Of a stretch of DNA of 64,000 nucleotides, positions 47,095 through 57,932 are shown piece after piece. The translations under genes and the position numbers were made by a program. The stretch spans positions 8,339 through 72,338 of the forward strand of contig JAHLLH010000014.1 in NCBI GenBank assembly GCA_020444265.1, read 5' to 3'. Within the stretch, counting starts at the first letter, position 1. Each line of letters begins with the position of its first letter. A model generated the notes under the pieces. The model was not told where the DNA came from. It did not search any database and saw only the letters and a list, made by a program, of their open reading frames with translations. This stretch comes from a bacterium. GTDB taxonomy: Bacteria > Electryoneota > Electryoneia > Electryoneales > Electryoneaceae.

Positions 47095-49467
47095 ATGGCC
47101 ATGATGCTATGGATCCGCAAGACGTTACGAGGCCTTTGGAGGGATAAAAGTTTTACCGCCATCAGCCTCGGGGGATTGGTTGTCGCAACCGCATCGGCAG
47201 TCATGATCGTAGCGTACGTTCAGACCGCCCTGCATTGGGATCAACTCGGCCCTCAAAGTGACCGGGTTTATCGTGTGGTCATGCACACAATCCACCAGGG
47301 ACTTGGCGAGCAGACAAGCGCCGCTAGCATGCCGCCGCTGGGGCCTGCGCTTCAGGATCGTTTCAGCGACATTCAGTTGAGCGCACGATACATCAAATCC
47401 TCTCCCCTGCCCGTACGCCAGGGGGACAAAACCACGAACCTTGCACACCCTGCATTCGTCGATTCTACTTTCCTGCAGCTCTTCCCTTTCCCCCTTATTT
47501 ACGGTGATCCCGAAACTGCACTGAACGTTTCCGATGGCATCCTCTTGCGAGAGGATGTTGCCAAGCGATACTTCGGTGACAAAAACCCGGTCGGTGAATT
47601 CATCGACATCATGGGGGATTGCAAGGTGACCGGGGTTTACCAGATTCCCTCAAATGGTTCCCACCTGAATCCAGAAGCATTGTTCCCGATTTCAGCACAC
47701 GGGGCACCAGCAGAAGCGTTTGAATACTGGGGACGCAGTTGGTTGGCGACCTATGTGATGCTCGCGAAGGGGGTGCCTGCCGAACAAGCTATTTCTCGAC
47801 TGGCCGAAATTGATGAACTCGCTACGGATGATGGCAGCTTGCTGCTTGATCTGCAACCTCTTGATGCAGTGCATCTCGAATCGGGCGACATCACCCACCA
47901 GGTCGAGAACTTCAATCAGGGCAGCCGTCTGGACCTCACACTTCTCATCAGTGTGGGCCTTGCGCTTCTCTTGCTGAGTTCGCTGAATTTTGCCAACCTC
48001 TCGACAGCACGTGCCCTGGCGAGACGGACCGATTGGTCGATTCACCGCGTCCTGGGCGCTGGTCGTGGACGTCTTGCCATGCAGGCTGTCGGCGAAACCC
48101 TCTTTCTTACCACCATTGCCATCGCTTTATCGCTGCTGCTGGCAAAGCTGACCGTGCCAGGGGCGTCAACTTTAACAGGACAGGTTTTGATCCTCCACCT
48201 GACGGATCCCATCCTGCTGAGTATGCTTGCTGCATTGCTCGTGTTTGTTGCATTGGTTTCAGCGCATTATCCGCTGTTTGTCTCCTCGCAGGCCCACCTG
48301 GAACTGCAGTCCCAAACGACTGTCGGGGCACCAAGATTCGGCCGTCTGCTGGTCGCAATTCAAATGGCAGTCTGTGTCATGCTTCTGTTCGGGCTGACCG
48401 GATTCATGCACCAGTATCGCTTCCTTACCCATTCGGACCTCGGGTACCGTACCGATGAAATCATCAACATTCACGCCTCCCAGCGTGTTCTTCGTCAGAA
48501 GGGCGACTTCTTGCTCAATGAGCTGCGAGCCATGCCCGGCGTGGCGCAAGCAAGCATCACTCCCCAATCCCCCATTGGATTTGGCAATCAATTCGATGTC
48601 GTACCGGAAGGGACCAGCAAGTCTGACAATTGGATTTTCGAGTACATGCTGCTGGATGGTGAAGCGCTGACGATGTTCGACCTCGAACTGGTCCAGGGCA
48701 GGTTTTACTCGGATGAGCGCGCCGGGGATACGAGCTGGGATCCAGACCACCGCGGTTCTGTTTTGCTGAACGAAGAGGCGGTGAAACGTCTCGGTTGGAC
48801 AAATCCGATCGGAAAACAAATCGAGGTTGGAGCGCCGGATGTTGGTACAGTCGTAGGAGTGGTCCGTGATTTCCACAACTACTCGCTACGCGAAGCCATA
48901 CCACCGATGGTTTTATTCGACTATCCGGCTTGGAATAGCCGTGTACTGGTCCGGTTCGAACCTGGCGATCACCGCGCCACTCTCGCGAACATTGAGGCGC
49001 TCTGGCAGCAGGAAGATGGTGCCCATCCGTTTCGCTGGGAATATATCGACCAGGCACTGCAATCGAGGTATATGACCGAACAACGGCTGATCAATTTGAT
49101 GAGTCTTTTCGTGGTGGTTGGTCTCGTGGTCGCCCTGTTTGGAATCGTTGGCCTGACAGGGTATGCAGTCCAGCGGAGGCAGCGTGAGATCGCCGTGCGC
49201 AAGGTGCTGGGTGCAAGTGAAATACAGATTCACGCTTTGCTGGGACGCTCCATGATCTGGTTGGTGGGGTTCGGAACCATCATCGGAATGCCCCTCGGCG
49301 TCTACGGACTTTCCCGGTGGCAGGAGCAGTTCGCCTATCATGCCTCGTCCACCATCTGGACTCTCTCCGCACCGATTGTCACCTTGCTGATCGCGGCGTT
49401 GCTTACCACCTACCTGGTGGCACGCAGGGCGGCACAAAGCAACCCGACAAAGGTGCTAAGGTCGTAG
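47095..49467 (+). CDS. ABC transporter permease, FtsX/MacB-like (two FtsX domains plus MacB-type periplasmic domains)
   Basis: 790 aa with an N-terminal transmembrane helix, large periplasmic domains and two four-helix FtsX blocks. No partner ATPase gene is adjacent. Confidence 0.8.
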   Translation: MAMMLWIRKTLRGLWRDKSFTAISLGGLVVATASAVMIVAYVQTALHWDQLGPQSDRVYRVVMHTIHQGLGEQTSAASMPPLGPALQDRFSDIQLSARYIKSSPLPVRQGDKTTNLAHPAFVDSTFLQLFPFPLIYGDPETALNVSDGILLREDVAKRYFGDKNPVGEFIDIMGDCKVTGVYQIPSNGSHLNPEALFPISAHGAPAEAFEYWGRSWLATYVMLAKGVPAEQAISRLAEIDELATDDGSLLLDLQPLDAVHLESGDITHQVENFNQGSRLDLTLLISVGLALLLLSSLNFANLSTARALARRTDWSIHRVLGAGRGRLAMQAVGETLFLTTIAIALSLLLAKLTVPGASTLTGQVLILHLTDPILLSMLAALLVFVALVSAHYPLFVSSQAHLELQSQTTVGAPRFGRLLVAIQMAVCVMLLFGLTGFMHQYRFLTHSDLGYRTDEIINIHASQRVLRQKGDFLLNELRAMPGVAQASITPQSPIGFGNQFDVVPEGTSKSDNWIFEYMLLDGEALTMFDLELVQGRFYSDERAGDTSWDPDHRGSVLLNEEAVKRLGWTNPIGKQIEVGAPDVGTVVGVVRDFHNYSLREAIPPMVLFDYPAWNSRVLVRFEPGDHRATLANIEALWQQEDGAHPFRWEYIDQALQSRYMTEQRLINLMSLFVVVGLVVALFGIVGLTGYAVQRRQREIAVRKVLGASEIQIHALLGRSMIWLVGFGTIIGMPLGVYGLSRWQEQFAYHASSTIWTLSAPIVTLLIAALLTTYLVARRAAQSNPTKVLRS

Positions 49468-49494
49468 CGCAGGGGATCTGGGTACTCTTAGCTG

Positions 49495-49610
49495 TTCCGT
49501 CAGATCTCCTGACCTGACAGAAAATGCGGCAGGTCGAGAGACCTGCCGCAACGGTGAATCAGCGTTGTCGTAATGTGAAGAAACCCGGGCAACAAGATTG
49601 CCCGGGCTGC
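49495..49610. repeat. family-D hairpin repeat plus the bidirectional terminator hairpin AAACCCGGGCAACAAGATTGCCCGGGC
   Basis: Read directly. It sits between the convergent permease and hydrolase genes. Confidence 0.45.
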
Positions 49611-49620
49611 TCACGTTCCA

Positions 49621-50580
49621 TCAGTTCACGTACATGAAGTCGATGATCGCAGCGTTGACTACACGGTCCTTTTCGAACTGGACAAAGTGACCCGCGTGGT
49701 TTACCATCACAAGCTTCGCGCCAGGAATTTTTCGTTCCGCAATCTTGCCTACATCACGGCTGCGACCAGCATGCAGGTAGGGATTCGGAATCAACCCATC
49801 CTGCTCGCCGAAAATCACCAGGGTCGGCTGCGTGATGAAACCGAGCTTGTCGCTGGTCGGTTCGTCCACCATCGCGTGGATATTTCTCGAAACAGCGTAG
49901 GCATAGTCCTCAAAGTCAGACGCTCCCTTGACCTGGATCCGGTCGGACACCATGAATTCGGCACCTTGTGGGTAGTCGAAGAAATTGCGCTTCAGGTTGA
50001 TGTCGATCTGACGGATACTGGCATCTTTAGTCAGTTCGGGGACAGCCACCTTGCGGAACCAGTCCTTTTCGCCATCGTTGAAATCTTCAATACCAGCGGG
50101 AGCGATCAGGATGAGGTTGTCCACTCGATCCGGGTATTTCAACGCGGCATGAATTGAGATCTGGCCGCCCATTGAATGACCCACCCAGGTTGCCTTGTCG
50201 ATCCCAAGTTGGTCAAGCATCTGGACCATCACATCAGCGTAGAATTGCATCCCGTAGGGATAATCTTCTTTCTGCGAATAGCCATAGCCGGGCAGGTCGA
50301 CCGCGATGACACGAAAATTACGTGCCAGCACAGGAATATTCCTGCTCCAACCTTTGGCATTGCTGCCAAGGCCATGGATTAACAACAAGGTCTCGTCGCC
50401 AACGCCGGTGTCAATGTACCCAATCTTGATGTTTCTGACTTGGGCAAAGTTGACGGTGTAGCCGTAATCAATCTGGTGAAACTCTTTCGCGTTCATCCGG
50501 TAGAACCTCGAAGTCGCGGAACAACCGATCGTCCCAACGAGGAGCGCGGCGAGCATCAGGATCAGGATTGCTTTTTTCAT
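49621..50580 (-). CDS. alpha/beta-fold hydrolase, secreted lipoprotein
   Basis: Lipobox (GTIGC). Nucleophile elbow GHSMGG and the HGLGSN oxyanion region. Confidence 0.8.
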   Translation of the reverse strand: MKKAILILMLAALLVGTIGCSATSRFYRMNAKEFHQIDYGYTVNFAQVRNIKIGYIDTGVGDETLLLIHGLGSNAKGWSRNIPVLARNFRVIAVDLPGYGYSQKEDYPYGMQFYADVMVQMLDQLGIDKATWVGHSMGGQISIHAALKYPDRVDNLILIAPAGIEDFNDGEKDWFRKVAVPELTKDASIRQIDINLKRNFFDYPQGAEFMVSDRIQVKGASDFEDYAYAVSRNIHAMVDEPTSDKLGFITQPTLVIFGEQDGLIPNPYLHAGRSRDVGKIAERKIPGAKLVMVNHAGHFVQFEKDRVVNAAIIDFMYVN

Positions 50581-50595
50581 CGTCTCGTCTCCTGG

Positions 50596-52137
50596 TTAGA
50601 ACATGATCCACTTGAGGGTCGCGAACACGGTCCACGGATCGTCTGGACTTTCGCTGTTGCTCACACCATTAGTCGTTGCAGAATCGTAGAATCCGCCGAG
50701 TGTCATGTAAGCAGCATGCAGCTCAAGATCGAGGAATACCTTCGGAGAATAGCGGAGGTTAAGGTTTACCTCGGTGCCCATCAAGCTGCCAGCGCCAGGA
50801 ACGGAAACACTCGAATTCGCCATACCCACCGCTGATTTGATACGGAGCTTGTTCGGCACGATGTCATAAGCCGCGCTCAACACTCCTGCCGTTAAACCAT
50901 AGCCCATATTCTGGATATCAATCGTCGCGCCGACATAGCGGTTGACCACCGTACCGTGCGCCATCAGCAAGTATAGACCATGGCTGAAGAACACTGCGCC
51001 GGGGCTCGTCCAGTTGTTACCTGTAAGGACGCCCGAGTAGGTGTCATCTGTGATCCCGTTGTCGTCGCCACTGGTGTAGATACCGTCGAATGCAACAAAA
51101 TCATTTGTCGTGCGACCATACTTGTAGGCGAGACGCAAATTGGCGGCATATCCCATCACATCCACATCTTGTGAAGCGGAGGTGACCTTACCGTAGTTCA
51201 ACACAGCAAAACCGTTGTAACCAAATCGTCCCTGGGTTGCTAGCGGATCGCCGAAGAAGCTGGTTCCGATCCAGAAAATGTCTGCTTCGTAGGGATCGGA
51301 CAGCGCGAACCGGAAGGTGCCGTTGTAGCCAGTCAAGGCGCTGGTCAGACCCTGGCCATAACCAACAATCCCGCCCTCGCCATTGGCACGGTCACGCAGG
51401 TACATCAGCGAGAAGCCGATGGTGTTCTTCACATCAAGATTGTACTCAGTCGCCGCCTCGAACAGCTGAACATCGTCCTTCTGTTCGGTGTTGTTCTCAT
51501 AAAGCTGGTACGCCCCCAGCTTATGGAACCAGCGGACATCAGGAGCCCAGTGGGCGCTGATGCCTGTAGCGTCCGACCCGAAGAAGGCTAATCGATAGCC
51601 CTTGTAAACCAGGTGGTCAGTTGGTGTCAGATAAGGAACCCGGACATTGTCATAAAGACGAAGCAAACCAATGTTGATCCATGTGTATTTCGACGGATGA
51701 ATTTCCGCGAAGAGATTTTGAGTTTGCATGTTCACAGCATCTGCCGCAAAAGCACCCCCAACATTTCCCCCCGTCGTGTAATTCTTGTCCCCCATGGTCC
51801 AATCGAACTCGAAAGACATGCGCATCTTCGCCCAACCGTTTAGCACACGGGGCGCGTAGGTGATCATGGGCATGAAGCGCTGTTCGGTGAAACTCGCGAT
51901 CGAGTCGGACGTATGCGTGGTGTTCCCACCGAAGAGACGTCCGACAACCTGACCCGCGAACAGTGTGTTCTTCGGGGAGATGTTGGTTTGTTCCGAACGT
52001 ACGAGGTAGTAACCGATGAAGCTGAATTCTCCCGGTTCTTCTCGTTCTTTCTTCAGAGGATAGTCGGCCTCGGTCTGGGTAAATCCTGTCGGTACCAGCA
52101 ACAGCAAGCCGATCAGGAGAAGGAGCATTTTTTTCAT
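50596..52137 (-). CDS. outer-membrane beta-barrel protein (function unknown; the C-terminal residue is Phe)
   Basis: Signal peptide MKKMLLLLIGLLLLVPTGFTQ. C-terminal ...TLKWIMF is a typical outer-membrane-protein terminus. Confidence 0.6.
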   Translation of the reverse strand: MKKMLLLLIGLLLLVPTGFTQTEADYPLKKEREEPGEFSFIGYYLVRSEQTNISPKNTLFAGQVVGRLFGGNTTHTSDSIASFTEQRFMPMITYAPRVLNGWAKMRMSFEFDWTMGDKNYTTGGNVGGAFAADAVNMQTQNLFAEIHPSKYTWINIGLLRLYDNVRVPYLTPTDHLVYKGYRLAFFGSDATGISAHWAPDVRWFHKLGAYQLYENNTEQKDDVQLFEAATEYNLDVKNTIGFSLMYLRDRANGEGGIVGYGQGLTSALTGYNGTFRFALSDPYEADIFWIGTSFFGDPLATQGRFGYNGFAVLNYGKVTSASQDVDVMGYAANLRLAYKYGRTTNDFVAFDGIYTSGDDNGITDDTYSGVLTGNNWTSPGAVFFSHGLYLLMAHGTVVNRYVGATIDIQNMGYGLTAGVLSAAYDIVPNKLRIKSAVGMANSSVSVPGAGSLMGTEVNLNLRYSPKVFLDLELHAAYMTLGGFYDSATTNGVSNSESPDDPWTVFATLKWIMF

Positions 52138-52225
52138 GACCGTACCTTCGGTGAAATGACCGTCTTGAAACAAGGAACACATCCCCCGGCATAGCCGGGG
52201 GATGTAGAAAAACATTCAGACACGG

Positions 52226-52747
52226 CTACTCACGAATATAGGTCTGAACATTGGTGCCGCTAACGGTTGTCCCGAAACCATCCGACGGAACCGGCGGAGT
52301 GGCGAGGTTCGGAAGAACCACTTCCAGCCAGAGAGTGTCGGGGGTGGCATCGACAATCTTGATGATGCCTTCTTGCACGTAGGCCTGGGCTTCGGTGTAG
52401 TTGAGGGAGATGCTGTAGATGTCGTTCTCGGGAGCCTCACCTAATTCGAATGTACCGACCTGGTTTGGCATCCAGTCGCTGAAGGAAAGACTGTCAATGG
52501 TACGGTGTTCTTCCGTGGTCACCTGGGTCTCGGTGAAGGTCACACGAACCGTATCGGTACCGTAGAACCCAACCAACAGCGGGGCGACATTTGCACCGGC
52601 ACTGACCCAACTACCTACCATCATTTCTTGCATCGTCGGCTCGGATGGACCGGTGCCGTTATCATCATCGTCATCATCGCTGCAACCAACGGCAAAGACC
52701 ATTGCCATGGCCAGCATCATCACCAACAGCAGATTCCACTTCTTCAT
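52226..52747 (-). CDS. lipoprotein, hypothetical
   Basis: MKKWNLLLVMMLAMAMVFAVGCSDDDDDD carries a lipobox. Confidence 0.55.
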   Translation of the reverse strand: MKKWNLLLVMMLAMAMVFAVGCSDDDDDDNGTGPSEPTMQEMMVGSWVSAGANVAPLLVGFYGTDTVRVTFTETQVTTEEHRTIDSLSFSDWMPNQVGTFELGEAPENDIYSISLNYTEAQAYVQEGIIKIVDATPDTLWLEVVLPNLATPPVPSDGFGTTVSGTNVQTYIRE

Positions 52748-52769
52748 GCTTGCCTCCTTTGTCCTGCGT

Positions 52770-54290
52770 TTACTCCCTGGAAAGCTCCCGTAACGCAATA
52801 CGGTTGATCTTCCCTGCATCGTTTTTTGGCAGATCGTCGATCTGGGTGTAGTGCCTGGGTGTTTTAAACGTCGCAAGCTGCCCCTTGCAGTACGTTTTCA
52901 GTTCCTCACCATCGAGGGACTCACCCGGTTTGGTGCTGTAAAACGCATGGCCCACCTCGCCCCACTGCTCGTCAGGAACACCGATCACAGCAACTTCGTG
53001 GACGGCGGGGTGGGTGTAGAGAAAACGTTCAACATCGGCGGGATAGACATTTTCACCCCCGCTGATGTACATGTTCTTTTTACGGTCAACCACACTGTAG
53101 AATCCTTCCGGATCCCGTATCACCATGTCGCCAGTGTGGAACCAGCCATCGGTGATGGCTTCGGCGGTCTTGTCCGGTTTGCGCCAGTAACCTGGGGTGA
53201 CCATCGGGCCACGCATCCACAACTCACCGACTTCGTCTGCTCCGCATTCACGGTGCCCGTCCATCACCTTCGCATCGACATAAAAATTGGGGAAACCGAT
53301 CGAGCCACGTTTCCGAATCGCATCATCCTGGTGCAAACTGAAGCAGTTGGGGCCGACTTCGGTGAGGCCATACCCTTGACGGATCATCACCCCGCGTTCG
53401 TGCCAGGTGTTGATCAAGGGTTCCGGCATGGGCGCGCCGCCAACTATCGCATAGCGCACACTACCCAGGTCGGTCTTGGCGAACTGCTCCGTATCGGCCA
53501 TCATTTGCAGCATCGTCGGCACGCCGAAAAGCAGGGTCGTCTTCTCCTGTTCCATCAGCTCGAGCACCAGTTCTGGCTCGAATTTCTGCAAGAGAGTATG
53601 TGATGCTCCATGATGGAAAAACGGAGTCAGCAACACATTCCAGCCGCCCGTGTGGAAGAAGGGCGCATAGGATTGGGTGTGGTCGCTGCTGGTCAGGTCC
53701 AAGCGCAGACCGGTATTGATCGAGTTCCAGAAGAGCATTTTGTGGGTGATAATCGCACCCTTGGATAAACCTGTCGTCCCGGCGGTGTAGAGGATCATCA
53801 CCGGGTCAGATTCTTCGATCGCTTGTGCGGGCTCGTAGACTTCCGCTTCAACATTCTCCGTCAGGAAATGTTCCAGATCGTCGAACGGCAACACATTGGG
53901 GATCGCCTTCAAGGTCTCGAGCTGACGGGCCGAATCCTCGTACGCCTTCTCAAAGAGGAAGAGAGCTGGTTCGGCATCATCAATCAAGGTGTCCAGCTCA
54001 CGTGGCATTAAGCGGAAGTTGAGCGGAACCATAATGATGCCGCTTTTGACACACGCTTCGAATAAAAGGACATACTCGGCACGATTCCGGCTGTAGACCG
54101 CCGCACGATCCCCCTTACTCAACCCCAGTTCACCGGTCAGGTGATGGGCAAGGGCATTGGCACGGCGATTGAACTCGGCATAGGACCACGAGAGATCACG
54201 ATCATGCTCTCGCAGCGCCATGCGGGTAGGCGTATACAGCGCCCAACGTTTGATCCAGTCGGTCTCAGGCCGGAACATCATCTCCCCCAT
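52770..54290 (-). CDS. AMP-dependent synthetase/ligase (acyl- or aryl-CoA ligase)
   Basis: YTAGTTGLSKG, the GYGLTE motif and a C-terminal GKI.R adenylate-forming signature. Confidence 0.85.
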   Translation of the reverse strand: MGEMMFRPETDWIKRWALYTPTRMALREHDRDLSWSYAEFNRRANALAHHLTGELGLSKGDRAAVYSRNRAEYVLLFEACVKSGIIMVPLNFRLMPRELDTLIDDAEPALFLFEKAYEDSARQLETLKAIPNVLPFDDLEHFLTENVEAEVYEPAQAIEESDPVMILYTAGTTGLSKGAIITHKMLFWNSINTGLRLDLTSSDHTQSYAPFFHTGGWNVLLTPFFHHGASHTLLQKFEPELVLELMEQEKTTLLFGVPTMLQMMADTEQFAKTDLGSVRYAIVGGAPMPEPLINTWHERGVMIRQGYGLTEVGPNCFSLHQDDAIRKRGSIGFPNFYVDAKVMDGHRECGADEVGELWMRGPMVTPGYWRKPDKTAEAITDGWFHTGDMVIRDPEGFYSVVDRKKNMYISGGENVYPADVERFLYTHPAVHEVAVIGVPDEQWGEVGHAFYSTKPGESLDGEELKTYCKGQLATFKTPRHYTQIDDLPKNDAGKINRIALRELSRE

Positions 54291-55779
54291 CTTTCCTGAG
54301 AATCAAGTACAACGCACCCCCCACCACGACGGATGCGACAATCGCCATCGACGAGGCAACGCCGGGGTTCTGCCCACTGGCAAGGGTGCCTGGAATCTGA
54401 ACATTGCCCAAGCTGATCCAGAAATGAACGACAATCGCGGTAATCGATGCAGCCACCGGGGCGATGGTCGGCACACCCTTCAAAAACATCCCGAACAAGA
54501 TGGGCAGGAAGGCCGCGCTGAAATAGGCGTAGACACCGTTCTGTGCGAAAATAGCAACCGACAACTTCGGAGCGACCAGTTGACGATGGGCCAACCAGAT
54601 GCTGACCCCCGCCAGCAGCACAATCGCCACCTTGTTCAACAGGAAGAGACGCGTTTCACGGGCGTCGGTCTCAGCAGGCAGGTAGCGTCCGAAGAGCGGC
54701 TCGACAATGTCTTTGGTGATCGTGGTCGAGATTGATTGGATCAGCCCTTCCAGCGTCGAAATACCCGCCGACAACAGACCCATCACCACCAGCAGACCGA
54801 CAAAGACCGGGAATTCCCTCACCACGTAGGCCGAGATAACACCGTCCATCTTCAGCGCCTCACCCTCCAGCATCATCTCCGGGAAGGTGATACGTGCATA
54901 CAGACCCACGACGACAACACTGAAGAAGATCATCTCGGTGATGATCCCGGCAGTCAGGTACTTGTTGACATCGCTATCCGTCTTCAGCAGCAGGCTCTTG
55001 GTGATAATGTGCGGCTGGCAGACAATCGCCACCCCGACAATCATCTGGGTGACAATGATTTCAAACCAGTCACGGAAGAGGAAACTTTCCGGGTTGGTCG
55101 CGGTGGCGAGGTTGGGGTCAATGGCGCGAAGCTTGTCGAGGAAACCGTGGACCCCGTTGCTGAAGTGCTCGTAGCCCGACCCAAGCAGGATAAAGGCGAC
55201 AATCAGCATCAGGACAGCCTGGATGGTGTTGGTGTAGACCATCGAATTGGCGCCGCCGAACATCATGTAGCCGAAGATGAAGGCAACTACCCCAAACAGC
55301 GCCCAGGTTTCCGAGATGTCGAGCGTCTTTGAAAGCACCTTGACCAGACCGACAACAATCAGCACGATAAAGGTGACCAGCAGCAGGCTGAGGAAGGCGA
55401 AAAAGAGGCCGTAGCCCTTGCTCTTGTACCTGGTCCCCATCCACTGCGCCATCGAAAGCGCTTTGACAGAAGAGCCGTGCTTACGGAACCCTTTGGTCAG
55501 GACGACAAGCGAGATCATCGCCGCCAAAGGCAGGGCGAGGGCATAGGAGATCACCCCGGAAACACCATAGAGGGCAATGAAACCCGGGTTGATGATGAAG
55601 GTAGCGGCGGAGGTCATTGAGGCGGCGAGGGCGAGGCCGACAGCGATCGGGCTGAAGGCAATCGAACCGACCGCATAGTCCGCCATGCTGCTGTTCTTTT
55701 TCGCGCCACGCACGACAAAGAACAGCACAACAGCCATGTACGCCAGGATCAGCACCCAGCCCGCTGTTACCAGGTTCAT
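54265..55779 (-). CDS. sodium:solute symporter (SSF) family transporter
   Basis: About 13 transmembrane helices with an SSF-like pattern. Its 3' end overlaps the ligase start by 26 nt. Confidence 0.8.
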   Translation of the reverse strand: MNLVTAGWVLILAYMAVVLFFVVRGAKKNSSMADYAVGSIAFSPIAVGLALAASMTSAATFIINPGFIALYGVSGVISYALALPLAAMISLVVLTKGFRKHGSSVKALSMAQWMGTRYKSKGYGLFFAFLSLLLVTFIVLIVVGLVKVLSKTLDISETWALFGVVAFIFGYMMFGGANSMVYTNTIQAVLMLIVAFILLGSGYEHFSNGVHGFLDKLRAIDPNLATATNPESFLFRDWFEIIVTQMIVGVAIVCQPHIITKSLLLKTDSDVNKYLTAGIITEMIFFSVVVVGLYARITFPEMMLEGEALKMDGVISAYVVREFPVFVGLLVVMGLLSAGISTLEGLIQSISTTITKDIVEPLFGRYLPAETDARETRLFLLNKVAIVLLAGVSIWLAHRQLVAPKLSVAIFAQNGVYAYFSAAFLPILFGMFLKGVPTIAPVAASITAIVVHFWISLGNVQIPGTLASGQNPGVASSMAIVASVVVGGALYLILRKDGGDDVPA

Positions 55780-55934
55780 GCTCTATCCTCTTCTATCATC
55801 TGCCTCTCCTCCTGTCATCCCCAGCGCGCCCCACGTTCCGTCAGGTCCCCGAGCCTGACGGATGATCACGCGCCAAGCGCGCGAAGCGTTGTGTCAGACG
55901 TGGGCGTCTGACACAACGCTTCTCACAACCGGCA

Positions 55935-56942
55935 CTACCACCGGAACACCGAACAGGCGAAGGCAAGACCGCCGCCGGAACCCATGAATGCGACCAGGTC
56001 ACCCCGTTTCAGCTTTCCCAGTTCGTCTGCTTCCGCCAAAGCCATCGGGATGCAGGCAGAGCCGGTGTAGCCGTAACGGTCCATCACCGTATGTGTCTTC
56101 TCCATCCCGAGCCCGAGGTTGTCGAGGGTCTCACGGATCGAGTTGATGTTGATCTGGGTGAAAAAAATCATCGAGAGATCTTCGATGGCATACCCGGCAT
56201 CCTCGACCGACTCACGGACCATCTTCGTCCACATTGTCGGGTTGATCTCTTTCGGAAACTTCTTGACGAATTTCAGCAGATGGTCGCCGTTGGCCACCAC
56301 TTCCGGGGTGACAGGCGTTCTGGTCCCACCTGCGTAGATGCCCATCCACTCGTTGTACTGCCCTTCGGTCGCCAAGCGGCTTGCCAGCCAACCGGCATCC
56401 TCATCCGTCGCTTCCAGCAGCGCACAACCTGCACCGTCCGCGAAGAGGGTCACCGTCTTCTTGTCCGTCAAATTGAGGAACTTCGACATCGCATAGGCCC
56501 CGACCACAAGGACGAACTTGTAGCGAGGGTCGGCCTGGATGTACTTGGCGCCCATGTCCAGCGCGGTGACAAACCCGGCGCAGGCGGTGTTGATGTCGAA
56601 ACTACCTGCTTTGCTGGCGCCCAGACGATCCTGCACGACCGATGCGGTCGAGGGACTGACAAATTCCGGAGTATCCGTCGAGACGATGATCAGGTCGAGC
56701 TGGTCAGCACCGATTCCACCCTTCTCGAGGGTACTCTTCGCTGCGCGTTCCACCAGGTCCGCTGTCGACTCGTCCGGGCCGCACCAGCGACGTTCACGGA
56801 TCGTCAGGTTCTCTTCCAGCCAGGTGCCGACATCTTCGCCGAGCTGCTCATTGAACCATTCATTCGGTACCACCTTGTCCGGTGCGTACATCCCGGTTGC
56901 GCGGATACGGGCATTTCGCTTCGTCACATCACTCTCCATCAT
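55935..56942 (-). CDS. 3-oxoacyl-ACP synthase III (FabH-like KAS III)
   Basis: Active-site Cys context (NTACAGF) and the C-terminal H...N region of KAS III. Confidence 0.85.
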   Translation of the reverse strand: MMESDVTKRNARIRATGMYAPDKVVPNEWFNEQLGEDVGTWLEENLTIRERRWCGPDESTADLVERAAKSTLEKGGIGADQLDLIIVSTDTPEFVSPSTASVVQDRLGASKAGSFDINTACAGFVTALDMGAKYIQADPRYKFVLVVGAYAMSKFLNLTDKKTVTLFADGAGCALLEATDEDAGWLASRLATEGQYNEWMGIYAGGTRTPVTPEVVANGDHLLKFVKKFPKEINPTMWTKMVRESVEDAGYAIEDLSMIFFTQININSIRETLDNLGLGMEKTHTVMDRYGYTGSACIPMALAEADELGKLKRGDLVAFMGSGGGLAFACSVFRW

Positions 56943-57677
56943 CTACAGGACAATTCCGCCATCGACACTGAGTGTGGTGCCGTTGACAAAGGAGGATTCG
57001 TCGGATGCGAGGAAAACAAAGGCATTGGCGATGTCCACCGGTTCGCCCAAACGACCCAGCGGGGTCTTGTCACGCATCATGTCGAGCACCTTCTCCGGCA
57101 TCTTCTTCACCATTTCGGTGGCAATGAAACCGGGGGCGATGGCATTGGCACGGACTCCCTTACGTCCCAGTTCACGCGCCCAGACCTTGGTCATGCCCAT
57201 GACGGCGGTCTTGGTGGCGACATAGTTGGTCTGTCCGAAGTTGCCATAAAGCGCGACAACAGAACTGGTGCTGATGATCGAACCCGATCCCTGGGCCACC
57301 ATCTGCTTTGCCGCTGCCTGCCCACAGAGGAAAACACCCTTCAGGTTGACATCGATCACCTGGTCGAACTGCTCTTCGGTCATCTTCATCAGGGTTGCGT
57401 CACGTGTGATCCCAGCGTTGTTCGCGAGGACATCAACACCACCCCACTTCTCAACCACACCATTCACCGCAGCTTGCACACCTGCTGCATCGGCGGTGTT
57501 GACCTTCCGAAATTCTACTTTGTCGCCGAGTTCCGATGCGGCAGCGTTGCCCGCTTCCTCGTTAACATCCCAGATCGAGACCTTTGCGCCTTCTTCGACA
57601 AAACGATCCACGATGGCCCGTCCAATCCCGGACGCTCCTCCGGTGACAATCGCGACTTTCCCTTCGAGCCTTGCCAT
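56943..57677 (-). CDS. SDR-family 3-oxoacyl-ACP reductase (FabG-like)
   Basis: TGGASGIG Rossmann motif, NNAG, and the Y..K catalytic dyad. Adjacent to the FabH-like gene. Confidence 0.85.
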   Translation of the reverse strand: MARLEGKVAIVTGGASGIGRAIVDRFVEEGAKVSIWDVNEEAGNAAASELGDKVEFRKVNTADAAGVQAAVNGVVEKWGGVDVLANNAGITRDATLMKMTEEQFDQVIDVNLKGVFLCGQAAAKQMVAQGSGSIISTSSVVALYGNFGQTNYVATKTAVMGMTKVWARELGRKGVRANAIAPGFIATEMVKKMPEKVLDMMRDKTPLGRLGEPVDIANAFVFLASDESSFVNGTTLSVDGGIVL

Positions 57678-57699
57678 TGCTGCTCCTGTTCTGCTCTAC

Positions 57700-57930
57700 T
57701 TGTATGTGTCATCCCAAACCTGAGCTGGGATCGCGTTTCTGTTTTGGTTGTGCTGATATGCACGCTTGGGTGACGGGGCACCCAAGCCACGACAACCGCG
57801 TGCCCCGGCTTGGTTTGCAAGCCGGGTTCTGTAACCAATTCACCAGGTGTTACCACGCCGCGCCCCAAGCGCGATGAGGCCGAGGGCTGTGCTCATCCTC
57901 GCCGGATTCGAAGAATCCGGTCCACATCTT
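57700..57930. repeat. composite hairpin-repeat region (families E, C and A: GGGTGACGGGGCACCCAAGCC, GCCCCGGCTTGGTTTGCAAGCCGGG, CCGGATTCGAAGAATCCGG)
   Basis: Several inverted repeats with copies elsewhere in the window. Confidence 0.45.
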
Positions 57931-57932
57931 GA

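Noticed and set aside
56091-57773. 560-aa plus-strand ORF
   Set aside because: Antisense to the clearly recognisable FabH-like and FabG-like genes.
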